From: Xylographa opegraphella
Taxonomy: Eukaryota
Direction: 5' to 3'
Assembly (NCBI GenBank): GCA_022813865.1
Contig: JALDZX010000023.1
Coordinates: forward strand, 248,001 to 312,000
DNA: 64,000 bases
The position numbers and the translations under genes were made by a program. The notes under the pieces were generated by a model that ran no database searches, had not been told where the DNA came from, and saw only the letters and a program-made list of their open reading frames with translations. Positions 34,262 to 46,830 of the stretch are shown here, piece after piece (positions within the stretch are counted from its first letter, which is position 1; every line of letters begins with the position of its first letter).

Positions 34262-36400
34262 CTACATGGTGAGCCAACTCAACAGCGCCCAGCCCGACAG
34301 ACCCGTCCAGCCCAAAAGCAGCACCAAAAGCCCCAGCAGAAGCCCACTCTCGACTCTCCCTCCCGTCCCTCGAGAAAGCATCTCTTTCTGCAGAACCGCA
34401 GGCTTTCCGGTACTGCCACTCCCCAGAGACTGCCCCAGCACGTTCGCGGTGTCCACGCCCAAGAACACCCACAAGAGCGCCGCTGCCACACCCAGAACCA
34501 ACACCGATACAAAAGCGACGCTCAGCCTCCACGCGCTCCAGTTCTCCACGAACTTCACCGCAACGCGCTCCGAGTCGGCGTCACCTGGTGCGCCTAGCTG
34601 TCGGAGCCATTGCACGACCTCGTCCTTGCCAGCCCCTTTCCCGGGACGAGCCAAATACTGTGTGAGGAAGTGGAGACGCCTGCTTTCCACTACCGCGGCG
34701 TCTTGCCACGCTTTGCCCGTAGGCTCGTAAGTGGGTTGAAAGAAATGGTCCATGTCCCTGCCACCAGTCGCGGCGAAGAGCTCGTACGGGTGTGAGTATA
34801 TGACTAGACAAGCGCCTTGGAGAGACCGGGCTCCGAGCAGGATCCGCCAACGGCCTCGGAGTTTCCTGTACTCGGACAGGAGCCTGCGACTCACGGCTTC
34901 GTCGTCAAACAAGGTAATTCTACTCCCGGAATCGTGCGAACGAAACGAGAAAGCCGCCGCAATGGCAGTGCTCCTGCCATCGGGCGCTTCATTTTCCGTT
35001 GTTCTCGAAGCAGGCTTCAGAATGGCTCGCGGCTCGAAAGTTTCGAGTGGCGGGACCCGCAGCCTCCCGACTTTCGTCGAAGTCCCGCCACGGCTGTGCA
35101 GGACCACTAATATCTCGATCTGGTCTGGCCGTTTGGTGTTAGATTTGAAGCGCTGTGCGTGAGCCTCGAGATCCAACAACGTATCGCTCCGCTTGTCTTG
35201 GTCCTTCGACGGGAAGCCCATGCTCTTCCCGGGGTACGGCGTGTTCAGGACGTTTTCCCTGTCAAACTTCCTAGCGCTCTGTGTATCTACTTCCGGCGGT
35301 GTTGAGAACGTCGTCTTCCTCTTCGGCCTCGAAGGCACGGTGGCGGCGCGCTTGGGGATGATTGAGGTGTCTGGCGGATTGGCACGCAGAGCGTTGATGA
35401 AGGAGAATTTTTTGTTGGTACTCCCCGATGGAACATCATGTCGGTCGACGCCTCTCGAAGATGCTTCATCTCCTGGGCCTGTGACCAGTGGTATATTGTC
35501 AAAATCTGCTTGCTGGCGTCCTTGTTCCACGATATCCTCTTCTTCTAATCCTCCGAGCTCGTGATCCGGTGGCACCACAATTCCTCCTTGCTCCCTTCGC
35601 ATCAGTGCATAGCTCTCCCCTAATGTTTGCGCCGCTTTCTTCGCTCGCATACTCCTCTTTGGCCCGAGAAGAACCGTGCGCGATCTGTTCATCTGCGCTT
35701 GCTGAGCTGCAGCAATGACGGCTTCTTCGTACCCTTGTACCTCGTCGTGATCTGTCTCCCCTTCTGCGTTCCCATTGACGCCGAACTCTTTTTTATAATC
35801 CTCGTCGCCGTCTCTCGGCGTCTCAGAATATAACCCCAAGCCCTCAATCTTCGATGCATTTTCGGCTCTCGCGATGTTTATGACTGATGATCTTCTTCTT
35901 GCGGCCGCAAGTTCTGATGCTGCGGACCGTAGCGATCGACTACTGCGTCTTGACACAGGAGAGAGCGCGGGATTGGCAGCAACACCGTTGATCAACTTGT
36001 CAGCGGGTATAATCTCATTCTCTTCGACGGCTTTTGCCATCGTAGTTGCTTCTGCAGGTTCTTCATCTTGTTTGAATATCGCTTCTTTCTCCTCGCTAAA
36101 AGTCCTGTGCAGTGGAGATATCATGCCGTCCGTTGAGCCTTCCGGATATATGGGTCGAGAGGATGAAGACAGAGCGGGGGGCAGAGAGCTCGGCGGGAAA
36201 GGGGCGACCCGTGTGCGCGGAGATGTTTCTTCGTCCGAAAAATCGAGTGCGTGATCACCGAGATGCGCTTTGATGGTTGCAGCTGGCGATGACGGCCCAG
36301 GGACAATGGTAGTTGAATGTCTCGAAGTCATAGAAATAGATATGCGCGAAGGTCGCGGAGGTGGGGATTCTGGAGTGATTGTATTGTTGCATATCGCCAT
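34262..36400 (-). CDS. Uncharacterised protein, long disordered N-terminus and two C-terminal TM helices
   Basis: ORF of about 710 aa; C-terminal KFVENWSAWRL..LLWVFLG..GLLVLLLGWTGLSGW. Confidence 0.85.
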   Translation of the reverse strand: MAICNNTITPESPPPRPSRISISMTSRHSTTIVPGPSSPAATIKAHLGDHALDFSDEETSPRTRVAPFPPSSLPPALSSSSRPIYPEGSTDGMISPLHRTFSEEKEAIFKQDEEPAEATTMAKAVEENEIIPADKLINGVAANPALSPVSRRSSRSLRSAASELAAARRRSSVINIARAENASKIEGLGLYSETPRDGDEDYKKEFGVNGNAEGETDHDEVQGYEEAVIAAAQQAQMNRSRTVLLGPKRSMRAKKAAQTLGESYALMRREQGGIVVPPDHELGGLEEEDIVEQGRQQADFDNIPLVTGPGDEASSRGVDRHDVPSGSTNKKFSFINALRANPPDTSIIPKRAATVPSRPKRKTTFSTPPEVDTQSARKFDRENVLNTPYPGKSMGFPSKDQDKRSDTLLDLEAHAQRFKSNTKRPDQIEILVVLHSRGGTSTKVGRLRVPPLETFEPRAILKPASRTTENEAPDGRSTAIAAAFSFRSHDSGSRITLFDDEAVSRRLLSEYRKLRGRWRILLGARSLQGACLVIYSHPYELFAATGGRDMDHFFQPTYEPTGKAWQDAAVVESRRLHFLTQYLARPGKGAGKDEVVQWLRQLGAPGDADSERVAVKFVENWSAWRLSVAFVSVLVLGVAAALLWVFLGVDTANVLGQSLGSGSTGKPAVLQKEMLSRGTGGRVESGLLLGLLVLLLGWTGLSGWALLSWLTM

Positions 36401-36773
36401 CCTGACATGCACAGTGGACGCTAATGCTACGCGTCATGGAAAAGAATCAAGAATATAGCAGAAATGTAGACGAGAAACAGAGATGAGAAAGCGAAACATC
36501 ATTGTTCGTACCTTTGGGCGGAATCAACGAAAATACACCGTCATCGAGCCTCTCTTCTGATCGTGGTTCCGCTTGCGGTACACCGGAAACAGTGTAGGAA
36601 CAGAAGTATCTGACACTTTCTTGTATTATTGACAAGACTTCTTGTCACGCTGAAACAGAACAAAGAACAAATCACGTTGGCCAACGATAATTATGAAATT
36701 ATTCCCGGTTGATTGTCGGTAAGTCTAGCCGCAATCTGCAAATGGGGTATCTCTTAGGCACTGGAATGCAAAT

Positions 36774-39079
36774 TCAACCAATGAATTTCCCGTCACAGAA
36801 TATGCAAATTCCTTGGGATCTAAATAACGCGCTTATCAGAGAATCTTCATTGTCCCGGCTGGGAACTCCATTTTCCGCATCGTCTCCATTGCCCGTGACA
36901 TCCAAGACTGGCATGGCATCAACATCGTTCTGGAGAACCTGTTGCTCGTTGCAATACTCACGACCGCACGTACTGCAGAATTTCGAGATTCCGGGCTCTT
37001 GGATGGTCATGTAAGATAGCGCACATCGATCTATTGAGGTTAGCCGTGCATGAGGAAAGGTAGATGAGAATTGTACTCCATATATGGCCGCCAATGCAAC
37101 GGGCTTTGTACAACTTCTGTGTGTAGAGAAGAGGTTTGGAACACCCAGATATCTGACAATACTCGAGTAGCCGTTGATTAGCGGGAATTTCTGCTTCCAA
37201 CGTGCTTCGTGTTTTTACGAACGAGTTGACTTGATCGACGATTTTCATGAATTCTCCAGAAGCAATTTCAATGGAGTCAAGAGACTCGATTTCTGTTGCA
37301 AGACTCGTATTCAGAGATTTTTCTAAAGAGCGCAGTGCTGCGATTATCAGTGCTTTCGTTGTATGCTCTACAGACCCCAGCATAAGGCGTACACAGAAGC
37401 TCGAGTAGAGGAGACGGCAACTTAATATACTGCGAGATAGGACAGGACTAGTAGTACCTCCTAGAATCATAGACCACGGCGCAGCGTGAGCCGCCAAAGA
37501 ATCTCTGAGTTGTGGCTCGGATTCCCAAGGAAAGAAAAGGTTTTCATCTTCGTCTTCGTCTTCGTCTTCATTTTCATTTTCATTTTTATCTTTTCCTTGA
37601 TCTCTCAGACTTGACGCGTGGCCAAAGAGTATCGTCGACCGCTCTGTGGAAGCCATGCTATACTCAACCATGGTGCTAGGGTGCACTGTTACACAGGCCG
37701 CAATGTAGGCGCCTAAACTTGCTAAACCCCAAGTCTTGATAGTAGTCATTCTGCCCAGGTTATGTTCCTTAGCAAACTGCAGCCTAAAATCTGACTGCCG
37801 CATTTGCAGGTTCCATAATTTATTAGTTTTCCTGAGGGTCTGGGTAGAAGCGCCGGTTGCACCAGACTGTGTATGAACCCGAAATGTCTCCATCTGAGAT
37901 AGATGAGTAGTGATACAGAAGAACTCCTGGAAGCAGCACCGTCCTATTTATATAAGCATGAACACAGCACGTAGCTTTGCTCGGAATACTCACCACTTAT
38001 AACATCCCATGAAGGATTGCTCAGGTAATTCTTGCTGTCACAAAGCATGCTAAATTTAGGACCGGCTAAATCTGGGAACGAAGTTTCGTCCACCGGTTTC
38101 ATGAAGACTCTTGGTACAGTCCCGCGGTCGTCGACTTGGATATCATGCGTCTACCACAGAAGTCGAGTCAGATGTTTGTGATAAATGATAACATAGCGAT
38201 CCTTTACATACCACAGAAGACTTGATGCTAAACTTGAATATGTTGTGATCGCCACCCGTTTTACAAGACAGCAGTGCATCGACCGTGTCGCTCTTCGTTG
38301 CCCAGGAACTCCACATGATTTCGTGGTCCGAGGAGTGCCGGTTTTGGCTATTCGTTATAATACTGCTGTGGCTTAAGACCTCGGCGGACCATCCTTCTTG
38401 CTTACATATGTAAGGACTTGATACACTGACGACAATGATCTCGTGATTGTCATTGAGCACAGCTATCAGCTCTCCATAAGCCTGAACTGCTTGGACATCC
38501 TTCGGCAATTCCTTAGCCCAACACATCGTTCGAATCCTTCTCCTCTTACGTACAAGGTCCGGAGAAGCATCGTCGAAGTTGAAGTAAGCTTGTAAATACT
38601 CATTGATGATAGTAGTTCTGCTCCAGCTCAACGCTTCTGACGGGTCCGGACCTTGGTCCCACAAGGACAGCAGCAGATTCGAAGTTAATACAGTAAGAAC
38701 ACAACGCCTGTGCTTTGCAAACCCGCTTGGCGACCATGCTATGGCAGCTACGGCACTCGCAGATTGTTCTTCGCCAATTGAAAATGCATCCAGACTAGCT
38801 GGTTCCTGGGCTGACCATTCCTTGAATGAGAAGTGGTTGGCAAGCACGCAGACAATTTTCCATACCTCGCCACCATCTTTGACATTTGTGTCGTTTTTTT
38901 TCCCACGAATTGGTACCTGGAATCATGGTTAGGTGTTGCTATCAAAAGTAGGAGGCCAAATGGTTAGGTACTAGAATGTGAATTGAATCACCACCAGCAA
39001 CAGCGAGCTCGCCGTCGTCTGACCACGCCAGGCAATTCGTCGCCGAAGGCCATGATGCTAATTGTACATTTTCAAGCAT
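36774..39079 (-). CDS. TFIIIC subunit (TFIIIC-delta N-terminal WD-like region plus C-terminal Zn finger); spliced
   Basis: MLENVQLASWPSATNCLAWSDDGELAV, SIGEEQS..IAWSPSG..RRCVLTVLTSNLLLSLW, RCIGGH..RCALSY.TIQEPGISKFCSTC, CIFCDGKF. Confidence 0.82.
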
Positions 39080-39319
39080 TCCGGAATATAATCGTGTTCA
39101 TGTCGAAAGGGGCGTTTTGGTTCTGCCGTTTGAAGTTAAAAGGTCATAATATTTCCGCACCTCTATCGTTTGCATATTCATTAATCTTATGACCGCATCA
39201 TTTATGTATTACGAATGCGAGGGCAATAGGCAAATTTATTCAAACGTTCACACGGAAACCTAGTCTTACGCGGAACGGGTAAACATCAATCATTAAAAAT
39301 GGCATACAATTATAAATTT

Positions 39320-40864
39320 TTATGTTATTCCAAATAGTCTGCCAGCGACAGAGTCCCATTCTTCGTCCCAACCCTTCTTTTTCTCACGAGCACCTGTCCT
39401 GAGCCGCTGTAGCTGTTGCGCATCATCGCCGAAAAGCTCTACGATGATGGCCTGCAGCTCTTCTGTGCTTGCAAAACCTCTTCCGTTGACACCTTCCTGC
39501 ACAAGCTCCGGCCAAGCCGGAAATTCTCCCCAACCAACCACTGGCAAGCCTGACCCGAGCATGTCGACAACTTTCATGGGTAGATCAACGCCACTCGTGC
39601 TCTTATGGAGAGATATTCCTAAATCAGCAGAAGCAAGCAAGCTTGCGTAATCCCCAGTGCTGAGCCACGCCGTTTTCACGGTGACCATTTCAAGCTCGTC
39701 CTTGTTTTCCAAATCCGCTATCTTTGCCAGATAGTGCTCCTTCTGCGGTCCTTTCCCTGTAATTATCACCATCACTTCTGGCAAATGTGGATGTGAGGTC
39801 GTTGCCAGCTGGGAGTAGCCAACCAATGCATCGAGGAGCAAAGCAAAATCTTCGTCCATGGTCCATGAAGTAGAGCTCACTAACACTCGCAACCTTTTTT
39901 TCTCGATTTCGTCGACAAAAGACGCCGTTTCCGGAAAGCGGCCAAGGAAAGCAAATCTCTCCTGTACAGCAAGCGGCCGGAAATGGGATGCTGGACGATC
40001 ATGGAGAACAACTATTGGTGCAGCTATCCGAAAGTCTTGTTTTAAGACCTGTGCCATAGCGTCCGACACAGCAAGATGTGCGGCAGCATGGCGGGAAAAA
40101 AATTCTTCATACCACTGTGAAACGTATACTAAAGGATGAGCTCCGCCGAGCTTGAGGGCTAAAATAGAGTAACCAAAGTTATGCCAGTCTATGAAATATT
40201 GCGTATTACGAAAGTAACATATGATCTGAGCTATTACAAGCGTTGGTATCGAAGGGGGGTTCTGCGCAGCGTCAGCTTTCCGTCGAACGTCGAGATTTCA
40301 AGCATCGTGTGAGGTTTTTATCAACCAGGCACAAAGAATCCATGGAATATACCGATGAGGCTGACATACCTGCACTAACAGAAGTTTGGCGGGCGTGGTA
40401 CGATGTCCGAGTACAAGAAGTAACCCATAAATCTGGATGATTACCTTCACCGGTGCCATAGCAAGGAAAAGTAAACCATTGTCGGTTTGCAAAAATCTAG
40501 GAGCTCGAGGGAGTGGATATACGGTGATGGAAGGATATGAAACGATATCCGGGTGAAGTTCCGAGTCTACGCAACGTCAGTAGATACACAATTGCCTTGT
40601 AGCCCCATAAGCAGACATGCCCAAATAGCCAACTAAATCAACAGCCATTCCGTGCTTGCCCATACTGATAGCATGATACTGCATTCGCGGGCTTCTACCA
40701 ATGTCTCCCAAAACAAGGATTTGATACCTCGGAGGCCCTTGAGAGTGTTCTTTGTCATCGCTGAAGTCTATCGGAAGCATATACAGGATTGCGACCAGAG
40801 AAACAGAGGACATCACCAACACCAAGATGGCTACATTCACAGCAAGAGGAGAAAAACTCTCCAT
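39320..40864 (-). CDS. ALG1: Chitobiosyldiphosphodolichol beta-1,4-mannosyltransferase; spliced
   Basis: N-terminal [67 protein letters not shown]. Confidence 0.97.
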
Positions 40865-41365
40865 TGTGCTTAATATGCAGTTGGTCGTCTGCAAATGGAC
40901 GGGTAGATACGACTAAGCCAGCTACCGCTCATTGTCCAGAGGCAAAAATGCAGCTATCAGGCTGACAGTAAGAGAATAGCGTCCGTCACCCTGAACGAGA
41001 CACCCTGGGGAAGGAACGAAACGGCAAGACTCTGAAGGACGATTATTATCTGTCACGCAATTGAATGCAGAGCGGAATCTGAAACGATCAGGTCTTTGTC
41101 ATGACTTACGTAATCTCTGAATTTCCCTGAAAGTGTGGCTTGTGAAAGTTGCTAACTTCAACGTACACGACACCTTGTTGCAGGTATCTAGTCTCGTAGC
41201 CCGAACACTGATACTTCCGTTATTTCCCTCAATGTATGAATTCTGTACGCGGTGCTGCAGGAGCTACGTTTTCCAGTAGAAGACGACTACTCGCAACTGA
41301 TCGCCGGGCGCCTTATGATTTGACTAATGCCCAAAACCTCCCCCCTCGGAGAAGGAGCTACTGCG

Positions 41366-44300
41366 ATGGCTACATCCTATGCTCTTCCTCTGAACGGCGC
41401 AGCAACCCATGCACATAGTCACATTGGCCATGGCCATACTAGATCACAACACAGGAAAGCTGTACCGGAGCGGTTAGGACTGGCACAGGCGCCAGCGAAT
41501 GGAATAGCTCCGCCGAACCCGGGGACCTTACAGAAGGACTGTCATTCCAGTGGTCTTCGTCCTCACACGCACTCCCAGTCATTACCGCAAAACTCTTCTG
41601 GTGAGCCACGCGAAACGAAGGTTGACCACCACCATCATTATACTGCGGCTCAACCTCATTCTCAAGGCGCTGAGAACTCCAGTTCGCAGGCTATCCACAT
41701 GGACCATGGGCTCTCACGATCACTGGCAGCTCTGCCACGACTTCAAGCTGGGTATGGAGATTTTAACGGGGACAAGGATGTCCCTGTCTCGCCAGACTTC
41801 GCAAATGTCGAGTCTCGACGGCGAGTCTTGCTCATCCACCAAGCGGGTTGCGAGCCTGAGCTAATCACTAGAATAGTGAGACTATTACAACTTTGGAAGC
41901 GATGAGTTCTATGCTGATTCCACTCCCTTTCGTACTGGTCTCGCTGGTCTTGTGCTGGCAGTGGCCGCTGCAACCTGTGAATCTTGCACATGCGAACCTC
42001 AAGAGCAGTGTAGGCCTGGAAGGAATGGAGACAAGAGCCAGTAGCTCCGGGCACATCTCACGCATCATTGGTCTCTGTGCTTTGGTGTCAGGTACACTTC
42101 TCTCCGCCGGTTTGATAGGAAAATGGCTGGGCAGGACAGACACCTTGGATCGGAGAAAAAGATCTCATTCGTCGTTGGGCCACCGTGGTGCAACTACGAA
42201 GAACGGATCAAATGCATTGTCACTTGAGAATTTTCGTCGAGTCACTCATAGGATTCTGGCGGTAGGGCTGCCAATCTTTGGAGCGAGCACGGTAGGAGGT
42301 CCTGGGCCAGCTTTGATCTTGCTAGTCGCTACAGTTGGCGATCTTGCAAACACTGAGGGCTCAACGAGTCATGTTGGCGGGTCTGGGGGTTGGAAACGCC
42401 TCTTGCGACTACGGAAGTGGACCATAGCTGTGATCTCCTTGCAGATGATTGCAGATCTGGTTGGAGCAATCTTCCATACAATGGCGATGTGGCCATTAGT
42501 CATAGGGTACATGGCTCTCGCAATATCTGTTTTTGTTCTTCCCCCGCCATACTTGACTCCGCGCATAGCGGCCTCAACAATTACATCTCCGATGTCAAAA
42601 TCAGCCGAGAAGACTTCTGCAATTCTGACTTCATGGGATCCACCCCAAGTAAGAGTTAAGTCGTTCACAGGACCGAGAGCACCAGCTCCACTTATTTCCA
42701 CCGCCAAAGACACTAATCTGACTCTTGTGGCTGGGCTTTTAACCTCACTTCCTTGCGCTGCTTGGTTGACGACTACATTTTCAACGACTTCTCCTATCGC
42801 CATCGTGCCATTAGCTGCAGGTATCATGATATGTGCTCTGAGTGCTTTATCATTCACTTTTGCATGTCCAAGAAGCATGATGACAGATAAAAAGATTGGT
42901 TCGGCAGTTGGACTCGTACTTCCTATCGTGCTCCGAGAAATGGTGGAAGTTCAGTCATGGCTTATGTTTGCATTTCAGGGAGTCACTGCGGGATTGTTTT
43001 GGTTTGCTTTGAACATTGATACCCTTGCCGCGCAACCTGCTGCTTATGCTGCATCTCCTCATACTCATCACCATGGATCAAATATAGCAAAAGGACCACA
43101 TTCTCGTTTCACTGGTCTTTTGCTCCCAACACTACGCAACTGGCCACTCTTGCATAGTATACTCATGGAAAAGGATTCTCGACGTATTTTCTATTTTATG
43201 TGGTAGGTAATCCATGCTAAGGTCGAAGAGCGTTGTTAACGTGTGACGCAGTCTCAACTTCGGCTTCATGCTAGTTCAGACATTTTATGCTATTGTCACA
43301 GGATCTCTCGGTTTACTTAGCGATAGTATTCACATGTTATTTGATTGCCTTGCACTTGTCGTTGGTCTCTGCGCTGCAGTCATGAGCAAGTGGCCACCTA
43401 GCGTTCGGTTCCCATATGGGTTTGGAAAGATGGACACACTGGCTGGGTTTGCTAACGGTGTCTTCCTGATGTGAGTTGAGTCAGATCATGCTGCTACCAT
43501 ATCACTTATCTTTCGAATAGGCTTATAAGTGTGGAGATTATTTACGAGGCAATTGAGCGTCTTGTGGAGGGCAGCCAGATGCAGCGATTGGGTGAACTCT
43601 TGACAGTCAGTAGCCTGGGCTTGGTTGTGAACTTGGTAGGGATGTTCGCTTTTGGCCATGCACATCATGGCCATGGTCATTCCCACGGGGGTCATGATCA
43701 TCCTCACGGAGATCATGATCATTCCCACGGGGGTCATGATCATGGTCATGAAAGCCACAATCATGCTCGTACAGGTCATGATCATGCTCAAACCGGCCAC
43801 GGAAACTCCGACAACCATTGCCGGAGTCATACCCATGCAGTGCCGCATCTGCCTCCAAAGGAGCACGAAGAGCATGATCATAGCGGACTGAACCACGTCC
43901 ACGTTCACCAGCAAAGCCCACTTAATCAATCCCATCGCCGTCATAGCCGCGCGATGTCTCCCACCCTCACACAAAGCTCTGTTCCACCCACGCCTTCTTC
44001 TTTCTCGGTTCCGCAGACTCCATCCAAACCACCGCCCAAACATGCTCACCATCACCATGGCAATGAAAACATGCATGGCATTTTCCTCCACGTCCTTGCT
44101 GATACTCTTGGCTCCGTTGCCGTCGTGTTTTCTACTATTCTGATTCACTACACTGGCTGGGTGGGCTTTGATCCCCTCGCTTCCTGCCTGATCGCGATCC
44201 TCATCTTCGCCTCGGCCGTACCCCTTGTCACATCTTCCGCCAAGCGACTGTTACTGGCAGTGCCAGAGGACACCGAATTCGACCTCCGTGAAGCGCTGGC

Positions 44301-44586
44301 AGGAGTCGGGAGTCTGAAAGGCGTCATGGGCGTTCAGGTGCCGCGGTTCTGGATGGGAGAGGGCGAGGAAGGCGAGGTGCAGGGGGTGATGCACGTCGTG
44401 GTCGGCCGGGGCAGCGAGCTGGACGAAGTCCGCCAAAGGGCCGTCAAGTATCTCCACGAACGAGGCATGGATGTGTTGGTACAGGTGGAGCGGGAAGGGG
44501 AGGGACGGTGCTGGTGCGGTGGTGCCGTAATCGGGGTGCTGAACGCCGTGCCGACGAGGGAAGCAATGGCTGGGAAGGACGTCTAG
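41366..44586 (+). CDS. MSC2: CDF-family ER/Golgi zinc transporter; 3 introns
   Basis: EKDSRRIFYFM, SLGLLSDSIHMLFDC, FPYGFGKMDTLAGFANG, His-rich loop, NENMHGIFLHVLADTLGS. An in-frame upstream ATG at 41327 is also possible. Confidence 0.92.
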
Positions 44587-45543
44587 GAGCACGGCCTTCG
44601 TATCTTCATGTACATATAGTTTCGGAAAGCACACGATTTGCTTTCGTCGCCGTGCGCTCCGGTTGCTACGAGATCTCGACATCTGGCCGATCAGAAACTT
44701 AATCCCTGGTATTCCGGTTCAGGCAGTATTGAGATCGTACAACTCGCGATTGCACTCGCTCATGCTTCGCCTTTTTTCTCGCTTTATATAATCTACGAGC
44801 ACGGGATAATGATACCTAAATCCTCAAATCCCCAAATACCCTCTCTGCCCCTTTCAGGTCCCTCCGCCTCTGCCCCCTCTATCACCACCCTCCACACTAC
44901 TTTCCCCCCCCTTCGCGACCGCTCACCTCCGCCTTCCTCCTCACTCCCCCCTTCCCCCTTGCCCGTGCCCTCCGGTGGCCTTCCGGCTCTAGTATGGTAT
45001 AGCATAATAGCTGCACAACTATCGTATCGCGAAGTCGGCGTCTGGGCGTGTGGATTGTTGCGGACTATATATACACGGGACAGAATTGCGGTGTTTGGGC
45101 GATCAAGGCGCAGGTGCGTGGGGGGGTGGGGTGGGATGGGATCCGGGATCGGCAAGGGCGGGGGGTGGTGGGGGTTGACGGGTGTGCGGAAGGGGGCGAG
45201 GTGTGTAGAGATGCTTTAAGGCGGGGAATTGGGTGCTTGAGTGCTATCCCAGCAAGGTATGCGGAGTTGAGGGATTCACAGGAGAGCGAGCCACGAAGGT
45301 TTCATAGTCATTACTCCGATGTCTATCGAAGAAGCGCGGCTGGTCTTACAATCGGTGTATATATACAACGAGGAGCATCCAAACGCTCCAATGTGTACAG
45401 AAAACAATCCAGAAAGCTCAAATGAGAATGGGTATATCGTGCCAAAATCCAACCCCCCCCGCCTCCCACATGATTGGGATATTAGATCCCCCTTTTTCCT
45501 GACCTCCAAGTGCGCCTTGTGCCAAAGAAGCCATTAACGGTAT

Positions 45544-46830
45544 TTAAACAAACTCCTTATCCCGCGCTTCTTCCCTGGAAGCTTCCGATTCGGCTCGGTC
45601 GGCCTTGATCTGGTGGGTCTTCGTGACCATGATACCATGGTGATGCTGCCCGGAGCCCGACACGCCGCCTTCGCCATTTTCTAGATCCTGTCTCGAGCTT
45701 CTGATCAGGGTCCGCAGTCCCAGAGCGGCGGGGTCGGGGGTCTCGGGCAGGCCCTCGTAGAAGGCATCTTCCGAGTTCTCCTGTCTCCGTAGGCCGCGGG
45801 CGGTCCGCGTCTGTCTCGCGTACTGGAGTTTCTTGTCCTTGGAATTCCGAGAGGATTCGATGCCGAAAAGACCCCGAACGGCAGTGAGCGACACCATGAT
45901 GATGGCAACGCAGCATTCCGTTTCGGACCAGAAGAAGAGCCAGACGCTGTCGATCGTGCCGTTGTTAAGCGTGGATAGAGTCACGCGGATCAAGGCAAAT
46001 ATGACCATGACTGTGCTGAGACCCAGGACAACACAGAGGCCAATTTTGCGATTACGGGTGATGTTCACATTCCAAAGGAGGAAGACGGGGACCGAGACGA
46101 TGAGGACGTCGGTTACAATGTCAAGAACGGTGGTGAGATATATATAGGTTTTCAACCTACCGAGGAAGGAAGCTTGGCTGCAGACATCTGTACAGCCGCG
46201 AGTTGCTTAGCTTGATACACGTACGAAGAAATCCGGAGACATACTCAGAAAATCGATTGTGAAATCGGTACACCAGAAGAAGCCGAAGAAGATGTTAATT
46301 AGAGCCGATGGGACCAGAAAGGCCATCACCGCCCACCAGTAGAACTCGACCATTCGGACGCGTCGGACCAGGTTGTGGAAAAAGAACATGAAGGAGAATT
46401 TGATGGAGAACAAAGAAGCCCAGATCAGAGTCGAGGCTGCCAGGTAGAGCTTGTCGCCTTGTAGAGATACATTGACATGATCCGGATTGTAGGGTGCGGT
46501 GCCGAGCCCACTCGCAACCTGGAGATAGACATTCTCTCGCAGGAGCCATGCACAGACAATACTGCCAGCGAACGTAACAGTCGAGAGGAGGAGGAAGCAA
46601 TCATCGGCCGCAAGCCGACGAAATACTCTCAACCGAAAGTATGTACGCCCACCAGCGGCTGCGAGGGCAATCACGAGCGATACCCAGATGTCGACCTGTA
46701 AAGGATCTGAAGTCAATGTGTGCTAAAATACTTGCAATGGTACAGGGTAACAAACATCCCAAGCAGTCTGTGATATCCTTGGGAAACCGGAATCACTGTC
46801 CATTGGCTGTTCTATACCAGAGGAAGCCAT
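45544..46830 (-). CDS. PTH11-like (fungal rhodopsin-domain) integral membrane protein without CFEM; 2 introns
   Basis: RTYFRLRVFRRLAADD, IWASLFSIKFSF, DIVTDVLIVSVP, RKIGL, WSETECCVAIIMVSL; first exon MASSGIEQ..TAWD| inferred. Confidence 0.85.

Noticed and set aside
37541..37590. (TCTTCG)n/(TTTTCA)n hexamer repeats
   Set aside because: Ordinary coding microsatellite (NENENEDEDEDEDEN) within the TFIIIC subunit.
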